NCBI GenBank assembly: GCA_002269645.1
Contig: NIVC01002024.1
Location: 88,158-152,157, forward strand
Source of the DNA: Macrostomum lignano
Lineage: Eukaryota
DNA length: 64,000 nucleotides
Reading direction: 5' to 3'
In this document: piece after piece, positions 11,401-23,271 of the stretch
Position numbering within the stretch: the stretch's first letter is position 1
Layout: each line of letters starts with the position of its first letter
Notes under the pieces: model-generated
The model's input: the letters and a program-made list of their open reading frames with translations, nothing else
The model's database searches: none
What the model was told of the DNA's origin: nothing
Made by a program: the position numbers and the translations under genes

Positions 11401-14400
11401 GAAGTTGCAACCCCACCCATCCTCAAATCAGGGGCCTGGACCGCCAGAGAGAGTTCATAGCCAGCCAAGGCCCCCTGCCGGGCACACTAGACGATCACTG
11501 GCGCATGATCTACCAGCACAAGGTGACTCTCATTATAACCCTAACCCAGTGCCTCGAAGGCGAGAAAAAGAAATGCGAGCGTTTCTGGCCAGTAACTGTT
11601 GGCCAATCTGAATATTACGACGACATCAAAGTGGTATTGGACAGCGAAAGTTCATTGGGTACTTATACGGTTCGGAAAATGCTGGTCACGTGCAGTGCCG
11701 ACAGGTAAAGTGTATATTTAATAGCGAATTTACATACCAAGTATTTCTGCTGGGGCAGGTACGCTGTTCCACTCTTCTAAGTGTGTGTTTCTAATCGGAT
11801 CGAAAAGTCCTATTTACTCTTCTAGGTAATCTGAGCCAATCTTTATTTTTGGGCTAACGATGATTTGCAAGACTTGCGAGTGTACGAGTGTTATAGACTA
11901 ATAGTCTATTTTTGGTGTCATTTCTTCATCATGCTACATAAAAATCATCATGCTATTAAAGACTGAGACGTCGCCACCGAGGGGACAGGCGAACAGACTC
12001 TGGTTCTATTCCTTGCGTGGCCACATTCATTTGGGGCTTGTGTGTGTGCACGTGCGGTTCACACTCATAAGGGCACACCCCCTGTGTGAGCGTGTGTACG
12101 AGCCTTTCTGCAAATATTTATTTCCAACCCCTCCAACCTGCGTAGAAACCAGACGGAGCCGCTTCAGGTGGTGCAGCTCTTCTACCTGGGCTGGGCTGAC
12201 TACAACGTGCCGAATGTCGACGACCTCGCCGACTTCCTCGCCCAGATGCGCAGCTACGCGCCGAAGTTGAGGCGAAGCGACGACGAGCCGCCGATTCTCG
12301 TGCACTGCAGCGCCGGGGTCGGCCGGACCGGCACCCTGATCGCGCTGGACATCCTGGTGCGCTCGCTGGAGCTGCGCGGCGCCAAAACCATCAACGTGTT
12401 TGAGACGGTCATGCAGCTGCGGGCCTGCCGCAAACTCATGGTGCAGACCAAGGTGAGGGTTTGGGGTCACGGTGCAGACCAAGGTGAGGGTTTGGGGTCA
12501 TGGTGCAGACCAAGGTGAGGGTTTGGGGTCATGGTGCAGACCAAGGTGAGGGTTTATTTGGGGTCATGGTGCAGACCAAGGTGAGGGTTTGGGGTCATGG
12601 TGCAGACCAAGGTGAGGGTTTATTTGGGGTCACGGTGCAGACCCAGGTAAAGCCTGGATTCATGGAGGCCGTGGATGGTGGAAAAGGTCATATAAGTTTG
12701 GGAGGATTATGACCGTGGGTGTCAAAGGTACATGTATAGGGTAAAAAAGGTCATGAGTGGAAATGGTCATCTAGCTTACATGCCAGTGAGTCATTCAAAC
12801 TTTCGAAGTAGGTCATCAGATTTAAAACTGGTTAGGGAGGTTTAGAAAATTGGTCATGGAGTTTCGAGTGTGTCATGACACAACAAAAACCTCATGCTTG
12901 CACCCTAGGGTCAGCTCGCCTTCATCTACAGATTCCTGGTCAGTTACTTGGAGAAGCGAAGCTACACCCAGCCTATTGGTGATCGTAAGTTTACACTGTA
13001 CTGAGCAGAACAGTGTGCATGTGGCTGAGATGCTTAGACACTGTGGGTTTCATTTTAGACACTGTGGGTTCCATTTTAGACACTGTGGGTTCCATTTTAG
13101 GCACTGTGGGTTAAATTTTAGACACTGTGGGTTCCATTTTAGACACTGTGGATTCCATTTTAGACACTGTGGATTCCATTTTAGACACTGTGGATTCCAT
13201 TTTAGACACTGTAGATTCCATTTTAGACACTGTGGATTCCATTTTACACCTTGTGGATTTCATTTTAGGCACTGTGGATTTCATTTTAGACACTGTGGGT
13301 TCGATTTTAGACACTGTGGGTTCCATTTTAGACACTGTGGGTTCCATTTTAGACACTGTGCTGGGTTCCATTTTAGTTACTGTGGGTTCCATTTTAGACA
13401 CTGTGGATTCCATTCTAGACACTGTGCTGGGTTCCATTTTAATCACTGTGGGTTCCATTTTAGACACTGTGGGTTCCATTTTAGACACTGTGGGTTTCAT
13501 TTTAGACACTGTGCTGGGTTCCATTTCAGACATTGTGGGTTCCATTTTAGACACGGTAGGGTTCCATTTTATATACTGTAGATTCCATTTTAGGCACTGT
13601 GGATTTCATTTTAGACACTGTACTGGGTTCCATTTTAACCACTGTGGGTTCCATTTTAGACACTGTGGGTTCCATTTTAGACACTGTGGGTTTCATTTTA
13701 GACACTGTGCTGGGCTCCATTTCAGACATTGTGGGTTCCATTTTAGACACGGTAGGGTTCCATTTTAGACACTGAGATCCATTTTAGACACTGTGGATTT
13801 CATTTTAGACACTGTAGATTTCATTTTAGACACTGTGGATTCCATTTTAGACACTGTTTCCATTTTAGACACTGTGGATTCCATTTTAGACACTGTGGAT
13901 TCCATTTTAGACACTGTAGATTCCATTTTAGACCTTGTGGATTTCATTTTAGGCACTGTGGATTCCATTTTAGACACTGTGGATTCCATTTTAGACACTG
14001 TGCTGGGTTCCATTTTAATCACTGTGGGTTCCATTTCAGACACTGTGGGTTCCATTTTAGACACTGAGATCCATTTTAGACACTGTGGATTCCATTTTAG
14101 ACACTGTGGGTTTCATTTTAGACACTGTGGGTTCCATTTTAGGCACTGTGGGTTAAATTTTAGACACTGTGGGTTCCATTTTAGACACTGTGCTGGGCTC
14201 CATTTCAGACATTGTGGGTTCCATTTTAGACACGGTAGGGTTCCATTTTAGACACTGAGATCCATTTTAGACACTGTGGATTTCATTTTAGACACTGTAG
14301 ATTCCATTTTAGACACTGTGGATTCCATTTTAGACACTGTGGGTTCCATTTTAGACACTGTGGATTCCATTTTAGACACTGTGGATTCCATTTTAGACAC

Positions 14401-15217
14401 TGTGGATTCCATTTTAGACACTGTAGATTCCATTTTAGACACTGTGGATTCCATTTTAGACACTGTGGATTCCATTTTAGACCTTGTGGATTTCATTTTA
14501 GACACTGTAGATTCCATTTTAGACACTGTAGATTCCATTTTAGACACTGTGGATTCCATTTTAGACACTGTGGATTCCATTTTAAACACTGTGGATTCCA
14601 TTTTAGACACTGTAGATTCCATTTTAGACACTGTGGATTCCATTTTAGACACTGTGGATTCCATTTTAGACACTGTGGATACCATTTTAGACACTGTGGA
14701 TACCATTTTAGACACTGTGGATACCATTTTAGACACTGTGGATTCCATTTTAGACACTGTGGATACCATTTTAGACACTATGGATACCATTTTAGACACT
14801 GTGGATTCCATTTTAGACACTGTAGATTCCATTTTAGACACTGTAGATTCCATTTTAGACACTGTAGATTCCATTTTAGACACTGTGGATTTCATTTTAG
14901 GCACTGTGGATTTCATTTTAGAAACTATGGGTTCCATTTTTGACACTGTGCTGGGTTCCATTTTAGACACTGTGGGAATTTCATCTTCGATGATTCCTAA
15001 CGGGTTCCTAATTGATTATACTTGCCCAGACATTTTCCCAAGAAGCCAACACACGCAATTTTTAGAATTTTTCAAAACTTTAATTTTGTCAGCCCCAGGG
15101 TCCAGCAAAGCCGCTGTCAAGGGGGATCCTAAGCCGCTGTCCGTCACAGCGACCAATCAGAATGAAGGCAGATCCAATGACGGATTTCATGCTACTGAAA
15201 ACGAACTGCCTAATTAA
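1261..15217 (+). CDS. Receptor-type protein tyrosine phosphatase (signal peptide, Thr/Ala/Ser mucin stalk, FN3 domains, TM helix, single PTP domain; R3-like architecture)
   Basis: Phase-consistent GT-AG join: 1261-2401, 9762-10006, 10378-10562, 10658-10945, 11432-11704, 12146-12452, 12909-12984, 15093-15217. PTP motifs KNRYTDILPYD, DYINANYI, IASQGPL, KCERFWP, HCSAGVGRTG, MVQTKGQLAFIY. TM segment LLAVGLTGTMLFLAIAVVGVTASLFL followed by RRH. AATAAA lies about 15 nt after the stop. The acceptor at 9762 is the least certain. Confidence 0.88.
3063..4113 (-). mobile_element. 5'-truncated non-LTR retrotransposon: RNase H plus C-terminal CCHC finger, decayed
   Basis: Minus frames give EVHCFTDGS, FHPDSQAALQAL, LTWIPGHAGFKGNELADSLAKAG and LCPLCNLENEDAKHFVCYCP. 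The 3' tail is TAAGTCAAG x2. One in-frame stop lies in RNase H. Confidence 0.9.
4110..4264 (-). repeat. 16-bp tandem array (AAACTTCACAAGCGCT on minus) headed by GGGGAGGCTTCACAAG
   Basis: About 9-10 units; inverted partner of the 5170-5390 array. Confidence 0.92.
4395..4694 (-). CDS. FN3-domain exon in antisense orientation inside RPTP intron 1
   Basis: TTTTAG acceptor then phase-1 AT TTG CCG AAA; translation LPKPNLTIVSVTATNDSSIT...VCFTGLQPGTVYTLTVRTV carries the FN3 L.PGT.Y.L.V signature. The donor is uncertain: weak G|GTTTCT at 4395/4394 (phase 1, 300 nt) or CTG|GTACTG at 4429 (phase 0). Confidence 0.7.
5170..5390 (+). repeat. 16-bp tandem array (AAACTTCACAAGCGCT) headed by GGGGGAGGCTTCACAAG
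   Basis: About 12-13 units; inverted relative to 4110-4264. Confidence 0.92.
5820..6195. repeat. 61-bp minisatellite built of CTCTCAGATCCC-like subunits
   Basis: Unit starts at 5831 and 5892; about 6 copies. Confidence 0.88.
6310..7565. repeat. 12-bp minisatellite GCTGGTGTT(G/T)T(C/T), about 100 copies, fused to the 3' end of the adjacent LINE
   Basis: Visible array; on the minus strand it follows CAACAACAATAACA directly after the LINE stop codon. Confidence 0.9.
7588..9700 (-). mobile_element. Decayed, internally deleted non-LTR retrotransposon (RT plus RNase H; I-group-like)
   Basis: Fragments QVWNTIKCL, SPALFLLYVN, YSGYADDIALWS, VDLNPAKT, LKFLGVWIDRGLLFDRH, AILADSQS and LQWVPGHSGVHGNELVDAEAK, with several frameshifts. 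The 5' boundary is approximate. Confidence 0.88.
11065..11325. repeat. 32-bp intronic minisatellite GGGTGTACACTATACGACTAGGAGAGTGAACT
   Basis: About 8 copies in RPTP intron 4. Confidence 0.9.
12440..12652 (+). repeat. 31/35-bp tandem duplication of the RPTP exon 6/intron 6 junction
   Basis: GGTGCAGACCAAG|GTGAGGGTTTGGGGTCA repeated; donor-like GT at 12453, 12484, 12515, 12546, 12581, 12612 and 12647. Confidence 0.92.
13030..14975. repeat. 21-bp minisatellite CATTTTAGACACTGTGGATTC, about 90 copies
   Basis: Fills RPTP intron 7; includes 20- and 24-bp variants and a higher-order duplication (13490-13570 resembles 13690-13770 and 14170-14250). Confidence 0.93.
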
Positions 15218-15579
15218 TTTATTAATCCTGCCCAATAAAGTATATGTACTGCACGCATCGATTGTGCACAAAACTCACTGGAATAGACAGCGTGCATCTG
15301 CTTTAGCTGTACGCGGTATCAATAACGAATTTAGGCCTATGATGTCAATATAAACATATTCGTAGTTTCGTTACACGCGCTAAGTTATTTCATAATAACC
15401 AAGACAGGAATCAATATGTACATGAAAGATGTACAGGTCTGTCGCTCTAGACAGAATGCTTGTTTGTTTTCTGAATTTTTTATTAACTGTTATTAAAAAC
15501 TTGATTAAAAAAGCTAAATATAAAAACACAAGAGTGTTTTTCAGTTCTTAGCTATTAATGAGATTTTCGTGCAACGCAA

Positions 15580-16040
15580 ACTGAGGATCTGGGAGGCTGG
15601 TGGCCCAGCAACTGAAGATCTGGGAGGCTGGCCTAGCAACTGAAGATCTGGGAGGCTGGCCCAGCAAATGAGGATCTGGGAGGCTGGCCCAGCAACTGAG
15701 GATCTGGGAGGCTAGCACAGCAACGAGGATCTGGGAGTCTGGCCCAGCAACTGAGGATCTGGGAGGCTGGCCCAGCAACTGACACTCTGGGAGGCTGGCC
15801 CAGCAACTGAGGATCTGGGAGGCTGGCCTAGCAACTGAGGATCTGGGAGGCTGGCCTAGCAACTGACGATCTGGGAGGCTGGCCTAGCAACTGAGGATCT
15901 GGGAGGCTGGCCTAGCAACTGAGGATCTGGTAGGCTGGCCCAGCAACTGAGGATCTGGGAGGCTGGCCCAGCAACTGAGGATCTGGGAGGCTAGCACAGC
16001 AACGAGGATCTGGGAGTCTGGCCCAGCAACTGAGGATCCG
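15580..16040. repeat. 28-bp minisatellite CAACTGAGGATCTGGGAGGCTGGCCCAG
   Basis: About 16 copies; same unit and orientation as 55780-56305. Confidence 0.92.
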
Positions 16041-16704
16041 GCCGGGGGACTTGTAAAAAAACGAAAGACCAGAAGACCAACGCAGTGCACAGTGCATGCA
16101 TATTATGGTAATAATGAACCCAAACAAGCATAAACGCGATCTTAAGATACCAAAAAGTCCAGCTTGGCGGAGTAAACATTGGCGATATATTGTCAGCAAA
16201 ATAATATACTAGCTTCATAACTACTACTAATGATTAAAGCCTTCACAGCTGATCAGATGGCCAATAAATATAGATGAGATTCACGATATCAATAAACGGG
16301 AAAAACACAAAGCCGCAATTAAAGCTAATGATAGGCTTGTAGAGCATAACTATATAAACTTCGACCTGGAATAAAGCTGTGTTCTAGGATGCATGAAAAT
16401 CGGTTTAAAAGTTGTGCGATTGTGATTATTTGATAAAGACAGTCATTAGAACTTATGAAAACACTAAAACTGAAGCCATTAATTCGTTTTAGAGCACATT
16501 TATATACATATAATATAATATTGTAAAATAGTATTGAGCAGCGCTGGAATAAATATATAATTCTAGACCTCGAATAATCTGGTATTGAAAAATAAACAAA
16601 ATAAATAGAAAAATGGGAAGACAATCATCCATTCAAAGAAGACATTTTCATGAAGAAATACGGCGCTCAGCTGAAGGATCAGGGTAGTGGGATTGTGACA
16701 CTAC

Positions 16705-17295
16705 CTGAAACATTGGGAGTATAGGGTTGTGACACTACCTGAAGTATCAGGAATGTAGGGTTGTGACACCATCTGAAGTATCAGGAATGTAGGGTTGTGA
16801 CACTACCTGAAGTATCAGGAATGTAGGGTTGTGACACTACCTGAAGTATCAGGAATGTAGGGTTGTGACACCATCTGAAGTATCAGGAATGTAGGGTTGT
16901 GACACCATCTGAAGTATCAGGAATGTAGGGTTGTGACACCATCTGAAGTATCAGGAATGTAGGGTTGTGACACCATCTGAAGTATCAGGAATGTAGGGTT
17001 GTGACACTACCTGAAGTATCAGGAATGTAGGGTTGTGACACTACCTGAAGTATCAGGAATGTAGGGTTGTGACACCATCTGAAGTATCAGGAATGTAGGG
17101 TTGTGACACTACCTGAAGTATCAGGAATGTAGGGTTGTGACACCATCTGAAGTATCAGGAATGCAGGATTGTGACACCATCTGAAGTATCAGGAATGTAG
17201 GGTTGTGACACCATCTGAAGTATCAGGAATGTAGGGTTGTGACACCATCTGAAGTATCAGGAATGTAGGGTTGTGAAACTACCTGAAGTATCAGA
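16705..17295. repeat. 34-bp minisatellite GAAGTATCAGGAATGTAGGGTTGTGACAC(CATCT/TACCT)
   Basis: About 17 copies. Confidence 0.92.
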
Positions 17296-17530
17296 AAGTT
17301 TATAAAATGTTTAAAAATACACCATGTGTTCTACTAACAGTATTAATGCAGCATTTGCAACTATTTACTACAAGGATAAAAAGTGAAAATTACTTAATAG
17401 TTAAAAAATTAAAATTTGTGAAGGCAAGCGTATTTGTTGACAATTTTTGGTTTAGAAAGGTGAGTTATAATCATTTGCTCACACCACAATGAAATCAATC
17501 AATTTCATGTAGAATCTCATTCGAGCTCCA

Positions 17531-19627
17531 TCACATCTGACTGTAGTTGGTTCGGCCAGAACGATTCTTATAGATCCTGTAGGCAAACATGCCGATAGCA
17601 ACTAGGACCAAGCCAAGCACAATGCCGCCAAAGAATGAGCCGGCATCGAAACGACCGCCAGCATTCTGGCCACCGGCCGATGTTGTAGCATCTCCAGGAG
17701 TGGAATGGCTTGGAGCCTTGGTGGTGCTAGATTTACCTGTGCTACTACTAATACTACTGCTAGTAGTAACAGTTGACTTGTCATTAGTAGTAGAGCTTGG
17801 CCCAACAGTAGTACTATTGGTAGTTTCAGTAGTAGCATTAGTAGAGCCAGTGACTCCAGTTGTGCCAGTGACACTGGTAGTACCTGTAGTCTCAGTAGCA
17901 GCAGTGGTACTACTATTAGTACCAATAGTAGTTGTAGATGGCACTGCAGTTGTTTCTGTAGTTGTGCTAAACAACACTGGATTAGCCAAGCCTAAAATTG
18001 ATTTTTAATGATAAAATGAATATTTGTTGTGCACAATTTTAATCAAATAATAATCAAATATTAACAATATAAACCCCAAGGACTACTCAAATAGAAGGAT
18101 AGGAAACAACATTTTTTAGAAAATATTAAGGCTAGTTTTCACCAAAAATACACTATGGAGATAAGAACTTTTCTCTTTTTTTCATATTAAAATTGTTATT
18201 GCTTTCAATAGGAGGCAGACCCAATGTTCAACTTTTGATATGTTTTGCCTTCTTATTGCTCTATTGATATTTATAGAGCTTTTTGTTTAGAAGATTAGGA
18301 TTCTGTGTAATTTTTTATTGGATATTTTATTTAAATTCAAGGGCATTGCCATGGATTTTTTGGTAGGGGGACAAAGCCAACTATTATACATGTATATGTT
18401 CATGAATAAATTCTTACATATACATTATTTTCAAAATTGGTATTGTCAGCACTAATTTTAGCACTGCAGGCACTTATTTTAGCACTGCAGGCACTCATTT
18501 TAGCACTGCAGGCACTTATTTTAGCACTGCAGGCACTTATTTTAGCACTGCAAGCATTTATTTTAGCACTGCAAGCACTTATTTTAGCACTGCAGTCACT
18601 TATTTTAGCACTGCAAGCACTTATTTTAGCACTGCAAGCATTCATTTTAGCCCCATAGGCACTCATTTTAGCGCCGTAGGCACTCATTTTGGCACCATAG
18701 ACACTCATTTTGGTGCTACAGGCACTTATTTTAGTACCACAGGTGCTATGGTTTGGTTTGGTAATAGCCTAGCAATACTATTTATAGTGGAAAATTGATA
18801 TATACAAATATTTGTTTAAATGCTTTATTATTTATTACAAGCTTAAAAACCTAGAAAGCTTGAAATTTACATTTAAAAATGAACTTTTTTATCTTTTTTT
18901 CTACTTCTCAATAACTTTTATGATTGTGATTCTATAAAGTACATGTTAGGTGTACATCTACTATTTTCTTAGAAGTGAAATATACTTACTGTGCACGTCT
19001 ATTTTTGGCATGCAAGGCCAATAACACCCAAATTTTCAGGCATACTATATGATCTAGAGTGTAGATATAACATAGCTGTAAGTATTACAGTAGGCCTATA
19101 TAAAACCAGTATTTTATTTATTTTAGTTACTGTGTAAATAATTCTAGTATTATTCATATGGTACTATGCATATAATGAGTAGGCCCTAGCCAAACAAAAA
19201 TCATGGCACTAAAAATCATGGAAACCCACCATTGCATCCTACCCTAATGCCCTAATCCATGTTTAGGAAATTTGTGTATTTGATACTGTGATACAGTGCC
19301 TCTGGCCCTCTGTTATAGGCCCTACTTTTTTCAGATTAGGATCATTTTGAAAGTCACCTTGGCTTGTCCTTGTCATGTAAAACATCCCTCTGGTCTGTCT
19401 ATATGGTAAGCCTAGACAGTCCAAAAAGGAAAGTCAATAAAAGGGGGAAAAGTATATGTTTAAATATTTGCCTATATGGTATACACATACCAGATACTTC
19501 TACAGTTTCAGTACTTATGCCTACTTAAGTTATTGTAATGTGTCATGTAAATAGAAAATAAGAACTTACACTGCAAGGAAATGATGGAAATGAAAAAGCA
19601 AACACCGATACAGAACTTTATCTTCAT
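17531..19627 (-). CDS. CD164/porimin (TMEM123)-family sialomucin, 172 aa, two exons
   Basis: Exon 1 19627-19570 (MKIKFCIGVCFFISIISLQ, signal peptide, T|GTAAGT) joins exon 2 17991-17531 (TTTTAG acceptor, phase 1). Thr/Ser stalk; FDAGSFFGGIVLGL matches the CD164 FDAASFIGGIVL signature; C-terminal NYSQM fits a YxxPhi sorting motif. Confidence 0.88.
18440..18745. repeat. 21-bp intronic minisatellite TTATTTTAGCACTGCA(G/A)GCAC
   Basis: About 14 copies, degenerating rightwards. Confidence 0.88.
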
Positions 19628-20008
19628 CTTCGCTAATTACTGTCAATGTTATATATTTTAGAATTCAAAGAACTAAGGAGAACCTTCAACTTATAAATTT
19701 TTTTTTCTTCGTTTAGTCACTGATTATTGTTTTCGCTCTTCGAAAATACAAACAAGACAATTGGGCCACGGCAGTTTCGTGGCGTGATTTTGGTCACTAT
19801 TGGTAGCAATTGTTATGTAGCTGTTAGCTTTTTTATTGGTTAAGCACTTTAGCAATATTTGTATAATAATTGCACACGCTGTTTTACTTGATCCATTCAC
19901 CTTAAAACTAGTTACATTTGTTTTATTTTTACAGAATAAAAAAGTTTTTGAATTTTAGTAAGTTTGTTCCTTGTAAATTTGGAGTACCAAAATAAAAATT
20001 ATGATTCC

Positions 20009-20699
20009 GATGAGGGGGGGGGTTTCACAAACTCGAAATTTCACAACGTCGAAAGCACCTTCTTTCACAAGGTCGAAATTTCACAAGGTCGAAATTTCAT
20101 AACATCGAAAACTCAAATAGCAGCCACTTTCACAAGGTCGAAAATTCACAAGGTCGAAATTTCACAACATCGAAAACTTTAGCAAAGGGCTTCATAAGGT
20201 CGAAAATTCACAAGGTCGAAATTTCACAACATCGAAAACTCGAAAAGCAGCCACTTTCATAAGGTAGAAATTTCACAAGGTCGAAATTTCACAACATCGA
20301 AAACTTTAGCAAGAGACTTCATAAGGTCGAAATTTCATAAGGTCGAAATTTCACAACGTAGAAAACTACTGTATGGTTCTTGATAGATAAAATTTTCGAC
20401 TTTGTGAAATTTCGAGCTTATGAAGTTTCGACCTTGTGAAAGTGGCTGCACTTGAGTTTTCGATGTTGTGAAATTTCGACCTTGTGAAATTTCGACCTTA
20501 TGAAATCTCTTGCTAGATTTTTCGATGTTGTGAAATTTCGACCTTGTGAAGTTTCGACCTTGTGAAATTTCGACCTTATGAAGTCTCTTGCTAAAGTTTT
20601 CGATGTTGTGAAATTTCGACCTTGTGAAGTTTCGACCTTGTGAAATAATTTACTTTTCGACGTTGTGAAATTTCGACCTTGTGAAAGCACCCCCTCATC
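20009..20699. mobile_element. Foldback-type MITE with inverted halves made of 16-bp AATTTCACAAGGTCGA subrepeats
   Basis: Left end GATGAGGGGGGGGGTTTCACAA; right end reverse complement GATGAGGGGGTGCTTTCACAA; orientation flips near 20375-20395. No TSD recognised. Confidence 0.8.
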
Positions 20700-21387
20700 A
20701 GGGGGACGCACTTTTTTCCAAATTTCACGCTCGCACATGGGTTCCAAACTTGCTAGCCTACTAACAGCAGGCTATGGGCGTTTTTCTCCCTCTTTTGTAA
20801 TTTTTCTACAGTTCATACTAGAAGGACTTCTGTAGCTATATATTAATCTGCCATACTTGTAATTATTGGTGAGGATGCATCTTTTTTCAACCTTAAAACC
20901 GCACATTTTGCTTCGATGCGCTTTTTCCACTACTGTCAGTAGGTTAGCTTAGGACTTTCTCTCTAACCTCTCATCTAGGCTGGGTTCTTACTAACTTATG
21001 ACATTATTATTAATTATGTTAGATACACAATGTACTTCCCTTAGGATTCTAATTTTGGGTTGTTTACGCACCTTTGAAGGTCAGACTGTCTGGGTCTGAG
21101 ACGACGGATTGACCTCCAACAGTCTAGACGGGCGACACATAATAAGTCTGGGAGGAATGTTTTTAATCTCATTCTGACCCCCTGATTTGTAACTTTTTCA
21201 CTATTTTTAGTGATTTAATGACGGTCTAGCTGTCACTTTTGGCTCCAGCCTGTCTGCATGGGTCAAAGAGGTCTTTCCAGCTTTCTCCCCACTCGCTCTG
21301 TTACCTTCTCCTTTGATTTATGGGCTTTTTGTTGTCATTTTTGGCGCCAGGATGTCTAGACAAGTGACTTTTATTATGCTTTTCACA

Positions 21388-22936
21388 TGATTTATGACCG
21401 CACCTGTCAACTTCCCTGGGGTCTGAAGGCCACCTGGTGGGGTGGGTTTTGGGGTCTTGAGCTCAGCCAATCAGAGACGACCTGACTGCCCCCGGCTCGT
21501 CCAATCGGAAAATTCGGCGCCTATTTTAACAAAAGCTCTCAGCCAATCAGAAAATTCGGCGCGCGTTATAACAAATCGGCCGCATGAGAGCTATAAAAGG
21601 CGGCAACTCGACGTCCGCGCTCGAAACAACTCGGCCTGATACTGCCTTCAGGCGATCTTCTCCCTTCGGTCCTGCCGACCTGATCCCCCTTCCCCCGGCA
21701 GTTTCGGCTTCAGCAGCTAAGTTCCCCGGAGAAACATCATCAATATCTCCCGGCAGTGATCTAAGAGCAGCAACGACAACCGGCAAGTGAAGAGTACCGG
21801 CTGCACTCGTCAGTTGAGATCAGCAGCAGCATCCCATCCGAGCGCTTCGGTCTCTGCGGATCCCTTGGCTACCGGCAGATAGGTCCTCTGATTGGTTTGG
21901 TGAGAGGCTTTCTTGACCTGCTTAAACTGGGTGTGCCCTTTGTCTGACCCCTTCCTGGGTAGTCCGATAGGATTTGCACTTTTGCTTACTTGCTCTTTGC
22001 GTGCCAAACTCGAGGCAGAAGTGTCAGTTAATATTAAAAGTATAGCCATTTGCTCTGATTTAATCTAAGGCGTTTAGTATTGCGGATTAAGTGAGAAAGT
22101 TAAATCTGGAAGTAACAGACTTGGCGTTTTCATTCTTTTTCGCAATGCCAGCTGAGATGAGCGGCTAGATCTAGAGGCACAGTGGACCGGAAGCGGCGCA
22201 GTCCCCAGTCAATCAGTCGATCTAAGCAATCATGATAAACATGCAAACTAAGTCTGGTGCTTTCGCGCAGTCTCAGGCAGCTAAGCGGCTAAAACGAATT
22301 AAATATTAGTCTAAAGATCTCCAAAGGTGACAATACACCTACATCATCGCTATCTGTCGAGGCGTTAACACATTTAGTGCCAAAAGTGTGCAGTCACATG
22401 TACTTGTACATGTACTTCTGGGAATTTGGTAATGAAATAGTACATTTAGTAGTGTATATAAAGGCTCGCCAGCGCAAGAACCCCCTGCAGAAGTCCTCTC
22501 TGTCCCTGCATGGCCAACGCGATCTTAGTCCCTGCAGCGTCCCTTCTATTCGGCTATGACTTCGAGATAGACAGCTAAAAGACACTAGATGGCAGGTAAG
22601 TGCAGTGCCCCTCTAGTCGGAAGTCCGATTTCGATAGCTCCGGTTTGGTGAGTCGGGGCGCACGGACTGGTGGCAGCGGGTTAGTTAATCTGCGGATTAG
22701 CTAATCTCTACCTTTCAAATTCTCCCTGCTTGTCTCTCGCTGTCTTCTTTTAGCTATAGGACCTTGCTGCTCGCCCACAATCTATAGCTACCATGGGGCT
22801 GACCATCTGACAGGAGTGAGAGACCAGAGTTCTAAGTGATTCATTTCTGAGGCCCGAAGCTATATGCTTAAAAAGGCCGAACCCATCATTATAATAACAT
22901 AGGCTCGGTTTCTTGCTGCTTTTGGGTCATAAATCA
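21388..22936 (+). other. About 1.5-kb non-coding element, copy 1, with CCAAT boxes, TATA box and an intron; bounded by a 12-bp inverted repeat
   Basis: TGATTTATGACC 21388-21399 and GGTCATAAATCA 22925-22936; three CCAAT boxes 21465-21550; TATAAAA at 21592; GCAG|GTAAGT at 22596; strongly similar to 23272-24985. Confidence 0.6.
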
Positions 22937-23271
22937 CTGCGTCTGAGCTGGTCTGACAGCCACCTGCGCCTCACTCAATGCGGAGGCTGGCGCCAGATGG
23001 TCTAGGATGCGGGCGGTAGCTTTTTTCTCATCATTTTGACAGGCCATCAAGATTTATGAGGTCAGGGCCTATTGTTCGGGTTCACTTAAGCGTGTGACAG
23101 CTTTGACAGCTATGCGTTTTACCCCTAAAGTACGTTGGGATTAGCGATTAGCGATTTCTCTTCATTATCTTCACTTTCTACTTAATAAGAGCTTTTTAAT
23201 GTATATTTTTCATTAATTTTTGTCATTCCTACGCGAAATTAGGTCATAAATCATTATGTAGCGATTTTGAG

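Noticed and set aside
15580-16040. 28-mer as a hammerhead array (CUGAGGA plus a CUGGG/CCCAG stem)
   Set aside because: The GAAA box is replaced by CAAC and there is no stem I or cleavage triplet.
20008-20050. Hammerhead-like C(C/U)GAUGA...GAAA at both MITE ends
   Set aside because: Stem I cannot form and stem II is marginal; explained by the 16-bp subrepeat.
21405-22812. Solo LTR with TGTCA...TGACA ends
   Set aside because: No TSD, and similarity between the two copies extends beyond those ends on both sides.
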